DNA of 64,000 nucleotides from Candidatus Micrarchaeota archaeon CG10_big_fil_rev_8_21_14_0_10_45_29 (GCA_002778455.1 PFCD01000001.1:53445-117444); one strand, 5' to 3'; numbered from the stretch's first letter, positions 46,356-56,365 are shown. Numbers and translations: made by a program. Notes: generated by a model from the sequence alone, not told the origin.

Positions 46356-48563
46356 ATGCTTATGGGCGTGGAAAAAAAGCTATTCGCATCATTTGCGCTG
46401 CTGCAGTTTCTGCTCTTAATTTCCAACGCGGCCTTTTCTCAGGAAATAACTCCGCTTCTCGTGGAATCCGCGCAATACTCATTTATTGATTCACATACGA
46501 TAAGCTCCTCCTCAGGCGGGATGAGCGAGCTTCGCATAAACCTCTCAATTCCTGAGGAAATGCTTATTTCCGATTCCTCCCACTATTATACAATAGAGAG
46601 AAATTTGGAAGGCAACCGCTACCTTATAGTGGAGGCAAAAAACCCTCCGTCCCCGTTTATTTATTCGCTTAACGCGACAATACTCGCAGAAGAGCAGGTT
46701 CTCACCTCGCTTGAGGCAGACTGGCAGGTGGGCCCCAGCATGCAAAAATACGCCCGCGCCGCAGGCGCTGTAAAATCCGACGACCCGTTTTTTGCAAGCC
46801 TTGCAAAAAACATCACCAAGGGCGCGCATAGCGACTTTGAGAAAATCTCAGCTTTGGCAGAATGGGTAAACGCATATGTCGAATACGACCTCTCATATAT
46901 TGACAAGAATGCGGGGGTATATGAAATACTTGAATCAAAGCGGGGGGTTTGCGGGGATTATTCCCTTCTTTTCATAACCCTTGCGCGCTCGCTTGGCTAT
47001 CCCGCGCGCTTTGCAAACGGCTATGCGTATTCGGATGAGCAGCACATCTGGATAGGGCACGCGTGGGCAGAGGTTTATCTTGGAAAATGGGTGGGAGTTG
47101 ACCCTACATGGCTTGAGGTGGGGCACATAGACGCAACTCACATCACATTCTCGCGCACGGCAACAAACGAGTATAGCACCGCTGAAGTATCTGCCAAAGT
47201 ATCTGCGCAAGGGGCGCAACTTTTATGGGATAAATCCGGCGAGGTGAATTTGCCTGCAGAAAACCTTTTTCCAAAAAAAATAAACATGCGCGAGAAAATA
47301 TCCGGCTTCGAGCTTGAGCCATCCGCATACAATTTGCAGAAAGGGGATAAATTCATCGCCTACCTAAAATACCCTGCAGGAGATTATAGGCTTTTGCGCC
47401 TCTCCCTTCTGCCATGCAAAACAGAAGGCGAGCCCATAGTGCGCCTTGAGAGGGAAATCACCACTATCACAACCTCCCCCGCCCAGCCCTCTTATGCGAT
47501 ATGGGAAGGGGAGATATTGCAAAACATTGATTCAAACACAATATACAAATGCCCCCTCTCCCTTGGCGCGGATTATTTGCAGCCCTCCGCCATTTACCTT
47601 AACATAACAGAGAAGCAGGAGGGGAGGCTTTTGCTTGATGCAGGAACATACAAATCCCTCATACGCCCCGGCGAGATGCAGAAAATAAGCGCCACCTTAA
47701 GCCCATTCGGAGCAGGGGAGCGGGTGTTTGTAATTGAGAAAAACATGAAAATAAGCGCATTGGCAGACGCTTCCGGCTCCGTTGAATTTGAATTTGAAGC
47801 CGGCGAGAGCGGCACTCATACCGCATACGTATTTTCAAGAAATTCAAATCTTGCCACCCTTACCTACGAAGTTGATGCCGGCGCAGGAGCAGGCGAGATT
47901 GAAATAATCCCCCAAGCCCCGCTCTTTGAAGGCGAGGGCGGCAGCGTGCTTATACGCGCGCCCGATAGCTATGGCGCATCCTCCCTAAAATGGAGCTGGG
48001 ACGGGCAGAGCGGAACCTCCCAATTCTTCGGCTCAACCGCGCAGGCAAATTTCACCCCTTCCACTTACGGCACCCACCTCTTTCGCGCGGTTTTGCTTGA
48101 TAAGGGAAATGGGGAAATATACAGGCAAAGCATCCCTCTTGAGGCGATGCAAAAATCTTATGCAACAGTTGAGGGCATCCGGGTGATAAATTACAACAAC
48201 GAGAAAACCCTTGTGCTTTTGGCAGTATCTGCAACAGGCCAAATAGAAAAACTCTGGCTTGAGATAAACGGGAGCGAATTTGAGCTTATTGCCGGAACCG
48301 AAAACGAATTAATTTTGCCACTGGCAGAGCATCAGGGAACCATCTACTGGGAAGGCAAATACGGCATGAAAGGCAGCCTCCCCGTTATTGTGCGCGCGCC
48401 GGGCAAAGACGACAAGCTTGTAATAGAGCCGGGGCTTATGCAAGCGCAGGAGAAATACCCTCTCGCCCAGCTTTTCATGCAATCCATTGCCGCGCTCATA
48501 ATTCTTACAATAGCATATTTTCTTGCAAGAAAAAAATTCGGGCACAAATCCCATTTTGAATAG
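46356..48563 (+). CDS. Secreted, membrane-anchored transglutaminase-like domain protein
   Basis: Signal peptide; GVCGDYS.LF..LARSLGYPAR, HAWAEVY and VDPT (Cys-His-Asp triad); C-terminal TM. Confidence 0.9.
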   Translation: MLMGVEKKLFASFALLQFLLLISNAAFSQEITPLLVESAQYSFIDSHTISSSSGGMSELRINLSIPEEMLISDSSHYYTIERNLEGNRYLIVEAKNPPSPFIYSLNATILAEEQVLTSLEADWQVGPSMQKYARAAGAVKSDDPFFASLAKNITKGAHSDFEKISALAEWVNAYVEYDLSYIDKNAGVYEILESKRGVCGDYSLLFITLARSLGYPARFANGYAYSDEQHIWIGHAWAEVYLGKWVGVDPTWLEVGHIDATHITFSRTATNEYSTAEVSAKVSAQGAQLLWDKSGEVNLPAENLFPKKINMREKISGFELEPSAYNLQKGDKFIAYLKYPAGDYRLLRLSLLPCKTEGEPIVRLEREITTITTSPAQPSYAIWEGEILQNIDSNTIYKCPLSLGADYLQPSAIYLNITEKQEGRLLLDAGTYKSLIRPGEMQKISATLSPFGAGERVFVIEKNMKISALADASGSVEFEFEAGESGTHTAYVFSRNSNLATLTYEVDAGAGAGEIEIIPQAPLFEGEGGSVLIRAPDSYGASSLKWSWDGQSGTSQFFGSTAQANFTPSTYGTHLFRAVLLDKGNGEIYRQSIPLEAMQKSYATVEGIRVINYNNEKTLVLLAVSATGQIEKLWLEINGSEFELIAGTENELILPLAEHQGTIYWEGKYGMKGSLPVIVRAPGKDDKLVIEPGLMQAQEKYPLAQLFMQSIAALIILTIAYFLARKKFGHKSHFE

Positions 48564-48573
48564 TTGTTTTTTC

Positions 48574-49434
48574 ATGGCAAACATAATATTTTTGGGAACC
48601 GGCGGGGGAAGATTAAACCTTTTGCGCCAAATCCGCCGCACAGGTGGCTTTTTAATAGAAATAAATTCGCTTCGCATCGCGGTGGACCCCGGCCCCGGCG
48701 CCCTCTCCTCCCTCAACGAGCTTCAGATAAATCCAATGTCAATAGACGCCATAATAATAACTCACAACCACATCGACCACATGCTTGAAGCCCCTCTTCT
48801 AATAGAAGCGATGTCCTCCTATATGCTAAAAAAAGGAGGCACTCTTATCAGCGCAAAATCGGTAGTAAAAGGGGACAAAAAAGGGGACAGGTGCATAACA
48901 TTATACCACCAAAGCAAGCTTTCGCAAAACATTATCTTTGGCGCCGGAACTGGCAAAAAAATATTAATAGAGAAAAAAGGCAAAAAAATTTCCTTTCGGT
49001 TAACAGGGGTAAAAGTAAAGCATGATGATGAGGACGGCTTCGGCTTTGTGCTGGAGGCGGGCGGAAAAAGAATAGGCTACACCTCAGATACCGAATACAT
49101 CCCTTCTTTCCATGATGCTGCTTATGAAAAAGCCGATTTGCTTATAGCAAATGTAATACGCCCAATAACAGATATTATTCCCGGGCACCTCTACGGAAAT
49201 GATGCAATAAAGCTTTTGCGCGCGGCAAAGCCAAAGCTTTGCATAATGACGCACCTTGGCTTGAAATTTTTGCAAAAAAGCCCTGAGCTTGAAGCCGCGC
49301 GAATAGAAAAAGAGAGCGCAGTGCGCACAATTGCCGCGCGCGATTTGTTTTCCTATAATTTAAATTCAGGCAAATGGGGCAAATACAAAAAAGAGAAAAC
49401 AAAAAAAGATTTGCAAAAAAAGCTAGCCGAATAG
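48574..49434 (+). CDS. Metallo-beta-lactamase fold hydrolase
   Basis: IIFLGTGGG, VDPGPG, THNHIDH, YTSDT, GHL, TH. Confidence 0.92.
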   Translation: MANIIFLGTGGGRLNLLRQIRRTGGFLIEINSLRIAVDPGPGALSSLNELQINPMSIDAIIITHNHIDHMLEAPLLIEAMSSYMLKKGGTLISAKSVVKGDKKGDRCITLYHQSKLSQNIIFGAGTGKKILIEKKGKKISFRLTGVKVKHDDEDGFGFVLEAGGKRIGYTSDTEYIPSFHDAAYEKADLLIANVIRPITDIIPGHLYGNDAIKLLRAAKPKLCIMTHLGLKFLQKSPELEAARIEKESAVRTIAARDLFSYNLNSGKWGKYKKEKTKKDLQKKLAE

Positions 49435-49489
49435 CATTTTATACCCTTGCCCCCCATTCTATTCATACAAACCCCAAAGCGGTATTTAT

Positions 49490-51901
49490 ATGGCAGAATT
49501 GGCACAACGGCTGGATTGCAAATGCGAGGAAAAATGGCAGGCTTTTTGGGAAAAAAACAAATGCTTCTCATTTGATGAAAAAGGCTCCTCTCTCCCAGTG
49601 TATTCAATAGACACCCCTCCCCCCTTCACATCCGGGGATTTGCATATGGGGCATGTTCTCTCCTACTCTTACTTTGACTTTGTTGCAAGATACAAAAGAA
49701 TGCAGGGGTATAACGTATATTTTCCCCAAGGGTGGGACTGCCAGGGCTTTCCAACAGAGGTGAGGGTGGAAAAAAAGCACGGGCGCAAACCCCCTGAGGA
49801 ATTTCGCGCCCTTTGCAGGCAATGGACAGAGCAATGCATTTCAAACATGAAATCCCAGATGCAGAGGATGGGCTTTTCCGCCGACTGGAAATACGAATAC
49901 CGCACAATGGACCCCTCATACCACAAAAAAGTGCAGCTCTCAATTCTTAAAATGCATTCAGCGGGGCAGGTGTACCGCGCAAAGCATCCCGTATTCTGGT
50001 GCCCGAATTGCCGCTCCGCGCTTGCAAAAACCGACACAGACGAGATGGAGCGAAGCTCAACTTTGCATGACATAAAATTCGAACTGCAAACTGGCAAGGG
50101 GGAGAAAAAAGAAGCAATAATTTCCACCACCCGCCCGGAATTGATGCACGCATGCGTTGCGGTGCTATTCAACCCCAAAGATTCTCGCTACACAAAATAT
50201 TCGGGCGCAAATGCAATTACCGCGCTAGGGAAAGTTGTGCCCCTTCTTCCTGACAATGATGTTGACATTGAATTTGGCAGCGGGCTTGTAATGGTGTGCA
50301 CATTCGGAGACAAGCAGGATGTTGTATGGATGTACCGCCACAAGCTTCCGCACATCGAGGCAATGGATGATGCAGGGCGCCTCAAAAATGCAGGCGAATT
50401 CGACGGGCTAAAATGCGAGGAGGCAAAGAAAAAAATCCTTGAAAAATTCAAAAACGAGGGAAAGCTTCTCTCTTCCAGGCCAATTGCACAGGCAGTAAAA
50501 GTGCATGATAGGTGCGGCAAAGCAGTAGAGCTTGCAAACTCATGGCAATGGTTTGCCAAAATAACCGATAAGCGCGCCCGGATAGTTGATGCGGCAAAAA
50601 AAATGAAATGGATTCCCTCTTTTGCAATTTCCCACCTTGAGAATTGGGCAGAATTTGTGGAATGGGACTGGGTAATTTCGCGCCAGAGGATATTCGGCAC
50701 CCCAATCCCTTTCTGGGTATGCGAGAAATGCTCAAAAATAATTCCTGCAAAAGAGGAAGAATTGCCGGCAAACCCCCCAACGCAAAAAAAGAAATGTTTA
50801 TGCGGAGGCGATGCAAAAGGGGAAACCTCAGTCTTTGACTGCTGGGTGGATTCCTCAATAACTCCGCTTATAATTTCCAAATGGGAGGAGGATGAGAAAT
50901 TTTTCAAGCGCACTTATCCCTCTTCGCTTCGCCCGCAGGGGGTGGAAATAATTCGCACCTGGGCATTTTACACAATTTACCGCTGCCTTGAATTGACGGG
51001 AAAGCCCCCCTTCACCGAGCTTCTGCTTAACGGAAACGTGCTTGCGCCTGACGGCAAAAAAATGTCAAAGTCTTTGGGAAACATAATAGCGCCAGATAAA
51101 TTAATTGATGAGAGCGGCGCGGATTCTGTGCGCATATGGGCCGCACTCTCGGGCGCAATGGCAAAGGACCGCCCGTTTTCCCATCAGGACATAAAATACG
51201 CAAAAAGCTTTCTTAACAAATTTTTAAATGCCGGAAAATTCGTGCAAAAAGCAAACGCGGGCTACACTTCTTCACAGGAGGATGCAAAAAATTTGCGCAC
51301 AATAGACAAATACTTCTTGCACAGGCTCAACGAGGTTATCACAACATGCGCATCTGCTTGGGAAAACTACGAATTTCACCACATAATAAAAGCATCGCAT
51401 GACTTTTTCTGGCACGAATTTTGCGACTATTATTTGGAATACGTGAAAAACCGCATCTATTCCAAAGAAGACAGCCCTGACAAGCGCGCGGCTCAATATT
51501 GTTTGCACACAATATATTCGCAAATAATTTTGCTTCTTGCGCCTATTACCCCTCACGCATGCGAAGAAGTTTGGCAAATTTTCAAAAATAAGGAAAATTC
51601 CTCGGTGCAACTTGAAAAATACCCGCAAGCATCCAAAATTTTCAGCCACCCCTCGACAGCGGGCGCCGGAAAGCTTCTTGAGACGCTTGTCTCGCAAATA
51701 AGGCAGGAGAAGGCAAACAAAAAATTATCCCTAAATTCTCCGGTGCAAAAGCTCTCCCTCGCCCTGCCAAAAGAGCAAATGCATTTCTTTGAAAAAGTGG
51801 AAGATGAATTAAAATCGGTGTGCAACATAGAAGAAATTGAGAAAAAAGACGGAAGCGAGCTTTCCATTAAACTTTCTATCCCAGAGCCCGACGCCGGCTA
51901 A
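49490..51901 (+). CDS. valS: Valine--tRNA ligase
   Basis: IDTPPPF.SG.LHMGH, TTRPE, DWVISRQR.FG.PIP, IIRTW, KMSKS. Confidence 0.96.
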   Translation: MAELAQRLDCKCEEKWQAFWEKNKCFSFDEKGSSLPVYSIDTPPPFTSGDLHMGHVLSYSYFDFVARYKRMQGYNVYFPQGWDCQGFPTEVRVEKKHGRKPPEEFRALCRQWTEQCISNMKSQMQRMGFSADWKYEYRTMDPSYHKKVQLSILKMHSAGQVYRAKHPVFWCPNCRSALAKTDTDEMERSSTLHDIKFELQTGKGEKKEAIISTTRPELMHACVAVLFNPKDSRYTKYSGANAITALGKVVPLLPDNDVDIEFGSGLVMVCTFGDKQDVVWMYRHKLPHIEAMDDAGRLKNAGEFDGLKCEEAKKKILEKFKNEGKLLSSRPIAQAVKVHDRCGKAVELANSWQWFAKITDKRARIVDAAKKMKWIPSFAISHLENWAEFVEWDWVISRQRIFGTPIPFWVCEKCSKIIPAKEEELPANPPTQKKKCLCGGDAKGETSVFDCWVDSSITPLIISKWEEDEKFFKRTYPSSLRPQGVEIIRTWAFYTIYRCLELTGKPPFTELLLNGNVLAPDGKKMSKSLGNIIAPDKLIDESGADSVRIWAALSGAMAKDRPFSHQDIKYAKSFLNKFLNAGKFVQKANAGYTSSQEDAKNLRTIDKYFLHRLNEVITTCASAWENYEFHHIIKASHDFFWHEFCDYYLEYVKNRIYSKEDSPDKRAAQYCLHTIYSQIILLLAPITPHACEEVWQIFKNKENSSVQLEKYPQASKIFSHPSTAGAGKLLETLVSQIRQEKANKKLSLNSPVQKLSLALPKEQMHFFEKVEDELKSVCNIEEIEKKDGSELSIKLSIPEPDAG

Positions 51902-51946
51902 TATTTTATTTGAATTTTTTTATCAGGCAATTTAGTTTATTATGGT

Positions 51947-52213
51947 GTTTTCTATGAATGAAATTTTATTCCTAACTTCCAACAAGCACAAAATCGCAGA
52001 GGCACAAACCATTTTAACCAGAAACGCAGGGGGGAACCATCCCAAGTCCTCTGTCCCCCCTTCATTTCCTAGGTTACCTTCTGATTCCCCCCTAAACTTT
52101 AGAAAAGTGCCTCTCTTCCTCCCATTATTTTTCGGCAAGGTCGTTTTCTATGAATGAAATTTTATTCCTAACTTCCAACAAGCACAAAATAACCGAAGCA
52201 CAAACCATTTTAA
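51947..52213. mobile_element. Putative small insert (52018-52142) between 71-bp direct repeats of the rdgB start
   Basis: Direct repeats at 51947-52017 and 52143-52213 (first 48 bp identical, 4 mismatches after). The insert opens with gaaacgcAGGGGGGA...TCCCCCCT. The repeats are certain; mobility is inferred. Confidence 0.5.
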
Positions 52214-52707
52214 ACAAGTATAATCTAAAGTTAGTAAGCTTCCCCGGCAAGGGAGAGGAGATACAATCCGACTCTTTGCAGGAAGTTGCAAGAATTTGCG
52301 CCAAAAGAGCATACCTGCGCATCAAAAAGCCCCTCTTTGTAGAGGATTCGGGGCTTTTCATAGACGCGCTAAACGGCTTTCCCGGGGCATATTCTGCATT
52401 TGCATTAGATAAAATCGGCTGCGAGGGAATTCTTCGCCTGCTGGGCCAAGAGCGTCTGAGAGGCGCCCGTTTCGAGTGCGCGGTTGCGTACGCGGATAAA
52501 AACGGCACCCGTATTTTCACGGGCGCCGTGTTGGGAAGCATCTCAACTCAAATATTTGAGGGAGAAGGCTTTGGTTATGACCCCATTTTCATTCCAGAGG
52601 GGCATAAGCAAACTTTTTCTAAAAATTTTGAAGTGAAAGAGAAAATTTCACACCGCTCCATTGCGCTTGAGAAGCTGGCAAAATTCCTAACAGAGAAAAA
52701 AGAGTGA
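52150..52707 (+). CDS. rdgB: RdgB/HAM1 non-canonical purine NTP pyrophosphatase
   Basis: TSNKHK..E, EIQ, VEDSGL.IDALNGFPGAYS, GFGYDPIF, ISHR. Confidence 0.95.
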   Translation: MNEILFLTSNKHKITEAQTILNKYNLKLVSFPGKGEEIQSDSLQEVARICAKRAYLRIKKPLFVEDSGLFIDALNGFPGAYSAFALDKIGCEGILRLLGQERLRGARFECAVAYADKNGTRIFTGAVLGSISTQIFEGEGFGYDPIFIPEGHKQTFSKNFEVKEKISHRSIALEKLAKFLTEKKE

Positions 52708-52711
52708 AAAT

Positions 52712-53167
52712 ATGGCAAAACTGCATTCAAGAAAAAGAGGCACATCCGGCTCAAAGCGCCCGACGCTAAAGGTTGTGCCGGAGTGGGTGGAATACTCCCC
52801 CCACGAGGTTGAGGATTTGGTTGTAAAGCTCTCAAAACAGGGCAACAACGCAACCACAATAGGGCGCATCCTGCGGGACCAGCACGGCATTCCCCAGGTA
52901 AGGACAATATGCAACAAGCGCATCTCTGAAATTTTGGAAGAGAACGGCGTAAAAGTGCAATACCCGGACGATTTGCTTGCCCTCATAAAAAGGGCGGTTG
53001 GGATGATAAACCACCTCCAGAAGCACAAATCTGATGGCACAAACACAACAAAACTTCTTCATGTTGAATCCAAAATAAAAAGGCTTGCAAAATATTACAT
53101 AAGAAAGGGAACCCTTCCTGTAGATTGGAAGTATAAGCGCGAGAGTGCTGCCCTTATTGTGAAGTGA
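52712..53167 (+). CDS. rps15: 30S ribosomal protein uS15 (archaeal S15/S13e)
   Basis: MAKLHSRKRG.SGSKRP, IGRILRDQHGIP, ESKIKRL.KYY. Confidence 0.97.
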   Translation: MAKLHSRKRGTSGSKRPTLKVVPEWVEYSPHEVEDLVVKLSKQGNNATTIGRILRDQHGIPQVRTICNKRISEILEENGVKVQYPDDLLALIKRAVGMINHLQKHKSDGTNTTKLLHVESKIKRLAKYYIRKGTLPVDWKYKRESAALIVK

Positions 53168-53172
53168 TTATT

Positions 53173-53784
53173 ATGGCTGATAACAAGCAACAACAACCAA
53201 AGAAAAAGGCGCGCGTGGTGGATAAGTGGAAGCTAAAAAACTGGTACACCATAAAGGCGCCTGAAATATTTGAAGGAAAAGAAATAGGGCAGGTTGTGGC
53301 TATTGAGGAGGATTCGCTCAAAAACCGCGTCATCCGCCTCGGGTTAGGCGAAGTCACCGGCTCATTCGGGCAGGGAGCCGCTTTCACCGCCGTCTCTTTT
53401 CGCATTACCGGAATTAGCGGCAAAACCGTTTCCACAAAATTCATAGGGCACGAACTCTCTCCCAGCTACATAAAGACGCTTTTGCGCCGCCGCCGCTCCA
53501 TAATATACAATGTGGAGAATGTGAAAACAACCGACGGGCACACCTTGCGCCTAAAATCGGTTGCAATAACCGCATTCAAAGTATCTGAGAATATCCGCCA
53601 TGATTTGCGCAAAGCAATAGGCGAGAATATCCGCACTTTGGGCGGAGAGCTTAACCTCTCGGCATTAAGCCAAGAGGTAATATTCGGCAAATTCTCCGCA
53701 AAAGTATTTGGGAAGATAAAAAACATTACTCCCATGAGGCGCCTTGAGATAAAAAAGAGCGAACTTGCCGAAAGCTTTGAATAA
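53173..53784 (+). CDS. rps3ae: 30S ribosomal protein eS1 (S3Ae)
   Basis: DKWKLK.WYTIKAP..F, GHELS..YI..L.RRR.S, P.RRLEI.KSE. Confidence 0.95.
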   Translation: MADNKQQQPKKKARVVDKWKLKNWYTIKAPEIFEGKEIGQVVAIEEDSLKNRVIRLGLGEVTGSFGQGAAFTAVSFRITGISGKTVSTKFIGHELSPSYIKTLLRRRRSIIYNVENVKTTDGHTLRLKSVAITAFKVSENIRHDLRKAIGENIRTLGGELNLSALSQEVIFGKFSAKVFGKIKNITPMRRLEIKKSELAESFE

Positions 53785-53862
53785 CCGCTTTTTTTATTTT
53801 AATTTTCTTTCTATTTTTTTTAATAAGTTTTTTCTATTTTTTTATTCAGCGATGCCTATTTA

Positions 53863-55290
53863 ATGCTTACAGCGGTATCTGCATTTATGCCGGCCCAAAA
53901 AAATAAGCAGGACGCTCAAAAAGGCATTTTAACAGAGGCTCAGAGTGCCTCCAAAACTGGAGGAAAGCTAAGCCAAATTATTCCGGTGCGCACCCTTCCG
54001 CAGAAAGCTTCGAAAAAAAAATATGATATAGAAAACATCCTTCCCTCCAGCGAGGCAACTTTGGGCGAATGCGAGGATGCAATAAAAAAAATAGCCCAAT
54101 CCCGTAATCTCTCATTTCTGATTCTTCTTGACACTTCGGGCAGCTTTTACAAATTTCTTGGAAAAATATCCAAAGCCGCCCGCAGTTTCAGCGGGCTTTC
54201 CCAAGAGAGCAGAAATATTGAGGGCGAGCTGGAGCTGTTTCCAAAAGACAAAGACAATGCCGACCTTGATGACAACATCTCCGCAATAGAGGAGGCGTGC
54301 GACCCCTCCTTAAAATTTCAAAATTATGTTTTTGTAACCGACGGGGGAAACCTAAATATCAGGCCCGGTTGGATTTATGAGCAGGCGCAGATTCTAAACA
54401 AGCAGGGAAAAGCAGTGCATTTTCTTTATGCAGAAGAGAACAAGTATGCAAAACGCAGCAGCAACCTCTGGGCAGTCATTTACTTATGCTATCTTACCGG
54501 CGGCTCAGCCGCGCCTCTTAACGGCGCAACAAATAACGACATTGCAAAAATGATAACTCAGGACGGAAAGGCGCAATATGAAAGCGCGGCGGACTTTGCC
54601 GCAAAAAACGGGCTTGCTGAAGGAAACTTGCTGCAAATTGCGACTTTGATAGATTCTGGCGAGCTTGAGCTCTTATACCGCGAGGGCCTGCTCCATGAGA
54701 TGCGGGACCTGCTGTTCGGCTCATATATCAATTTGGTCAGGCCAGAATATGTAGAATTTTTGTTTGAGAAGCAATTCTTAAGGTCAACCGACCGGTGGTA
54801 TCTGGGCGAACTCTTATACAACATATCCAATGCAGGAAATTCCGGAGTTGTGAAAGTTTTTGCCAGGAACGGTGCGAATATTGAATGGGAAGATGGCAGG
54901 GGGGATAGCGCCCTCAATAAAAAAGCCGCGGAAGGGAACCTGGGCATGGCAAAAACCCTTGTGAAGTGCGGTGCAAATATTCACCATAAAAACATGCATG
55001 GGGATGATGCCCTTCACATAGCCGCCATAAACGGGAATCTCGAGGTCCTGAAGTTCTTCCTTGATACTAAAAAGGCAGACATAAATGCAAAAGATAATAA
55101 CGGCAATACCATTCTTCATATAGCTGCCAAGGCGGACAATCTGGAGCTGGCGAAGATTGCCCATGAGCGCGGGGCAGGCATTAACATATTAAACGAGTTT
55201 AGTGCCACTCCTCTTGACTGGTGCAAGCGCGGCGGGCAGGTTGAGGCTTATCTGCGCTCAATAGGGGCAAAAAAGAACCTTCCCTATTGA
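53863..55290 (+). CDS. vWA-like domain plus ankyrin repeat protein
   Basis: ILLDTSGS (MIDAS-like DxSxS) and FVTDG; C-terminal ankyrin repeats (GDSAL, GDDALHIAAING.LE, GNTILHIAA, TPLD). Confidence 0.85.
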   Translation: MLTAVSAFMPAQKNKQDAQKGILTEAQSASKTGGKLSQIIPVRTLPQKASKKKYDIENILPSSEATLGECEDAIKKIAQSRNLSFLILLDTSGSFYKFLGKISKAARSFSGLSQESRNIEGELELFPKDKDNADLDDNISAIEEACDPSLKFQNYVFVTDGGNLNIRPGWIYEQAQILNKQGKAVHFLYAEENKYAKRSSNLWAVIYLCYLTGGSAAPLNGATNNDIAKMITQDGKAQYESAADFAAKNGLAEGNLLQIATLIDSGELELLYREGLLHEMRDLLFGSYINLVRPEYVEFLFEKQFLRSTDRWYLGELLYNISNAGNSGVVKVFARNGANIEWEDGRGDSALNKKAAEGNLGMAKTLVKCGANIHHKNMHGDDALHIAAINGNLEVLKFFLDTKKADINAKDNNGNTILHIAAKADNLELAKIAHERGAGINILNEFSATPLDWCKRGGQVEAYLRSIGAKKNLPY

Positions 55291-55318
55291 TTATCGGGCG
55301 CAAAATAATTCTTCCACT

Positions 55319-55834
55319 TTAATTCTTATGCCCGCACCTCGGGCACCTTTTCGCGTCAGGGCGAATATCTGAATTGCAAACAGGGCATTGCACCCACTGC
55401 TTTCGGCTTTTAAGAAGCCCCTCGCTTTGCCCGTTTTTTGCAAATTTATCAGGAACTTTATGGGTTTCTTCTTTTCCGGCATCCACGCCCTCGCCGCTAT
55501 CAGCGTTTCCTGCGCCTCCACCATGTGCAGGCATCCCTTGCATATTCTCTCCCATGCCTGAAAATCCTGCGCCATATCCGCCGCCATGGCTATTTTCCCC
55601 GCCTGCAAATCCTGCCCTTCCCTCATTATTTGAAAATTTGCCCTGCTCCTCGCCAACTCCCCTCGCCCCGCTAACGCTTCCAAAAGGCATTTTCCCCTTA
55701 TTCGCCTCCCCTCCCCGTCTCTCAAACCTAAACCCGCATTTGCCGCAGCTTTTCTGGGAAGTCAAATTCGAAGCCCCGCATTTGGGGCATTTTATGGTAG
55801 GGCTTTTCTCTTTTTTGTGAATATGGGTTTGCAT
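55319..55834 (-). CDS. Double zinc-ribbon protein with Gly-rich linker
   Basis: CPKC..CGKC at the N-terminus and CPVC..CPRC at the C-terminus. Confidence 0.7.
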   Translation of the reverse strand: MQTHIHKKEKSPTIKCPKCGASNLTSQKSCGKCGFRFERRGGEANKGKMPFGSVSGARGVGEEQGKFSNNEGRAGFAGGENSHGGGYGAGFSGMGENMQGMPAHGGGAGNADSGEGVDAGKEETHKVPDKFAKNGQSEGLLKSRKQWVQCPVCNSDIRPDAKRCPRCGHKN

Positions 55835-55880
55835 ACCTATTTTATTATTGCCCCCTATTTATATTGCATTAGGTGATTTG

Positions 55881-56225
55881 ATGATTCCGGGAATGGGAGG
55901 CATGGACCCAAAGCAAATGGCAAAAATGATGAAGCAGATGGGTATAGACACCTCGACAATAAACGCAAAAAAAGTGATAATAGAATTGGAGGAAAAAACC
56001 CTTGAAATTGCAAACCCGCAGGTGGTAAAGGTAAGTATGCAGGGGCAGGACACCTTTCAGGTTTCTGGCACAATAACCGAAGTTGCCAAAATAAGCGCAG
56101 AAGACGTGAAAATGGTTGCCGAGCAGGCGGGCGTGCCAGAGGATGAGGCAAAAAAGGCATTAGAGGGCGCAGGCGGCGACATCGCGCAGGCAATACTCAA
56201 TTTGCAAAATGAGAACACAGAATAA
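55881..56225 (+). CDS. nac: Archaeal nascent polypeptide-associated complex protein
   Basis: MDPKQM.KMMKQMGI, NPQV, EDVKMVAEQAGV..A..AL...GDIA.AIL (UBA). Confidence 0.94.
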   Translation: MIPGMGGMDPKQMAKMMKQMGIDTSTINAKKVIIELEEKTLEIANPQVVKVSMQGQDTFQVSGTITEVAKISAEDVKMVAEQAGVPEDEAKKALEGAGGDIAQAILNLQNENTE

Positions 56226-56256
56226 CCTCTCAACATTTGAAATTCTAACACAAAAT

Positions 56257-56365
56257 TCCCCCCTTCTTTTAAACTTGTGTCCTCAATCCTATATTCCCCT
56301 TTATGGGGAATGTGGGAGGTGCGGGAATGGAGCCTTTATGGTGTACCACTCCCCCCTCTTTTAAA
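56257..56365. other. Intergenic double-hairpin element with imperfect flanking repeats
   Basis: Hairpins at 56288-56316 and 56323-56353, each with a CC-TTTAT-GG apex; tcccccc(t)tcttttaaa at 56257-56273 and 56350-56365. Confidence 0.45.
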
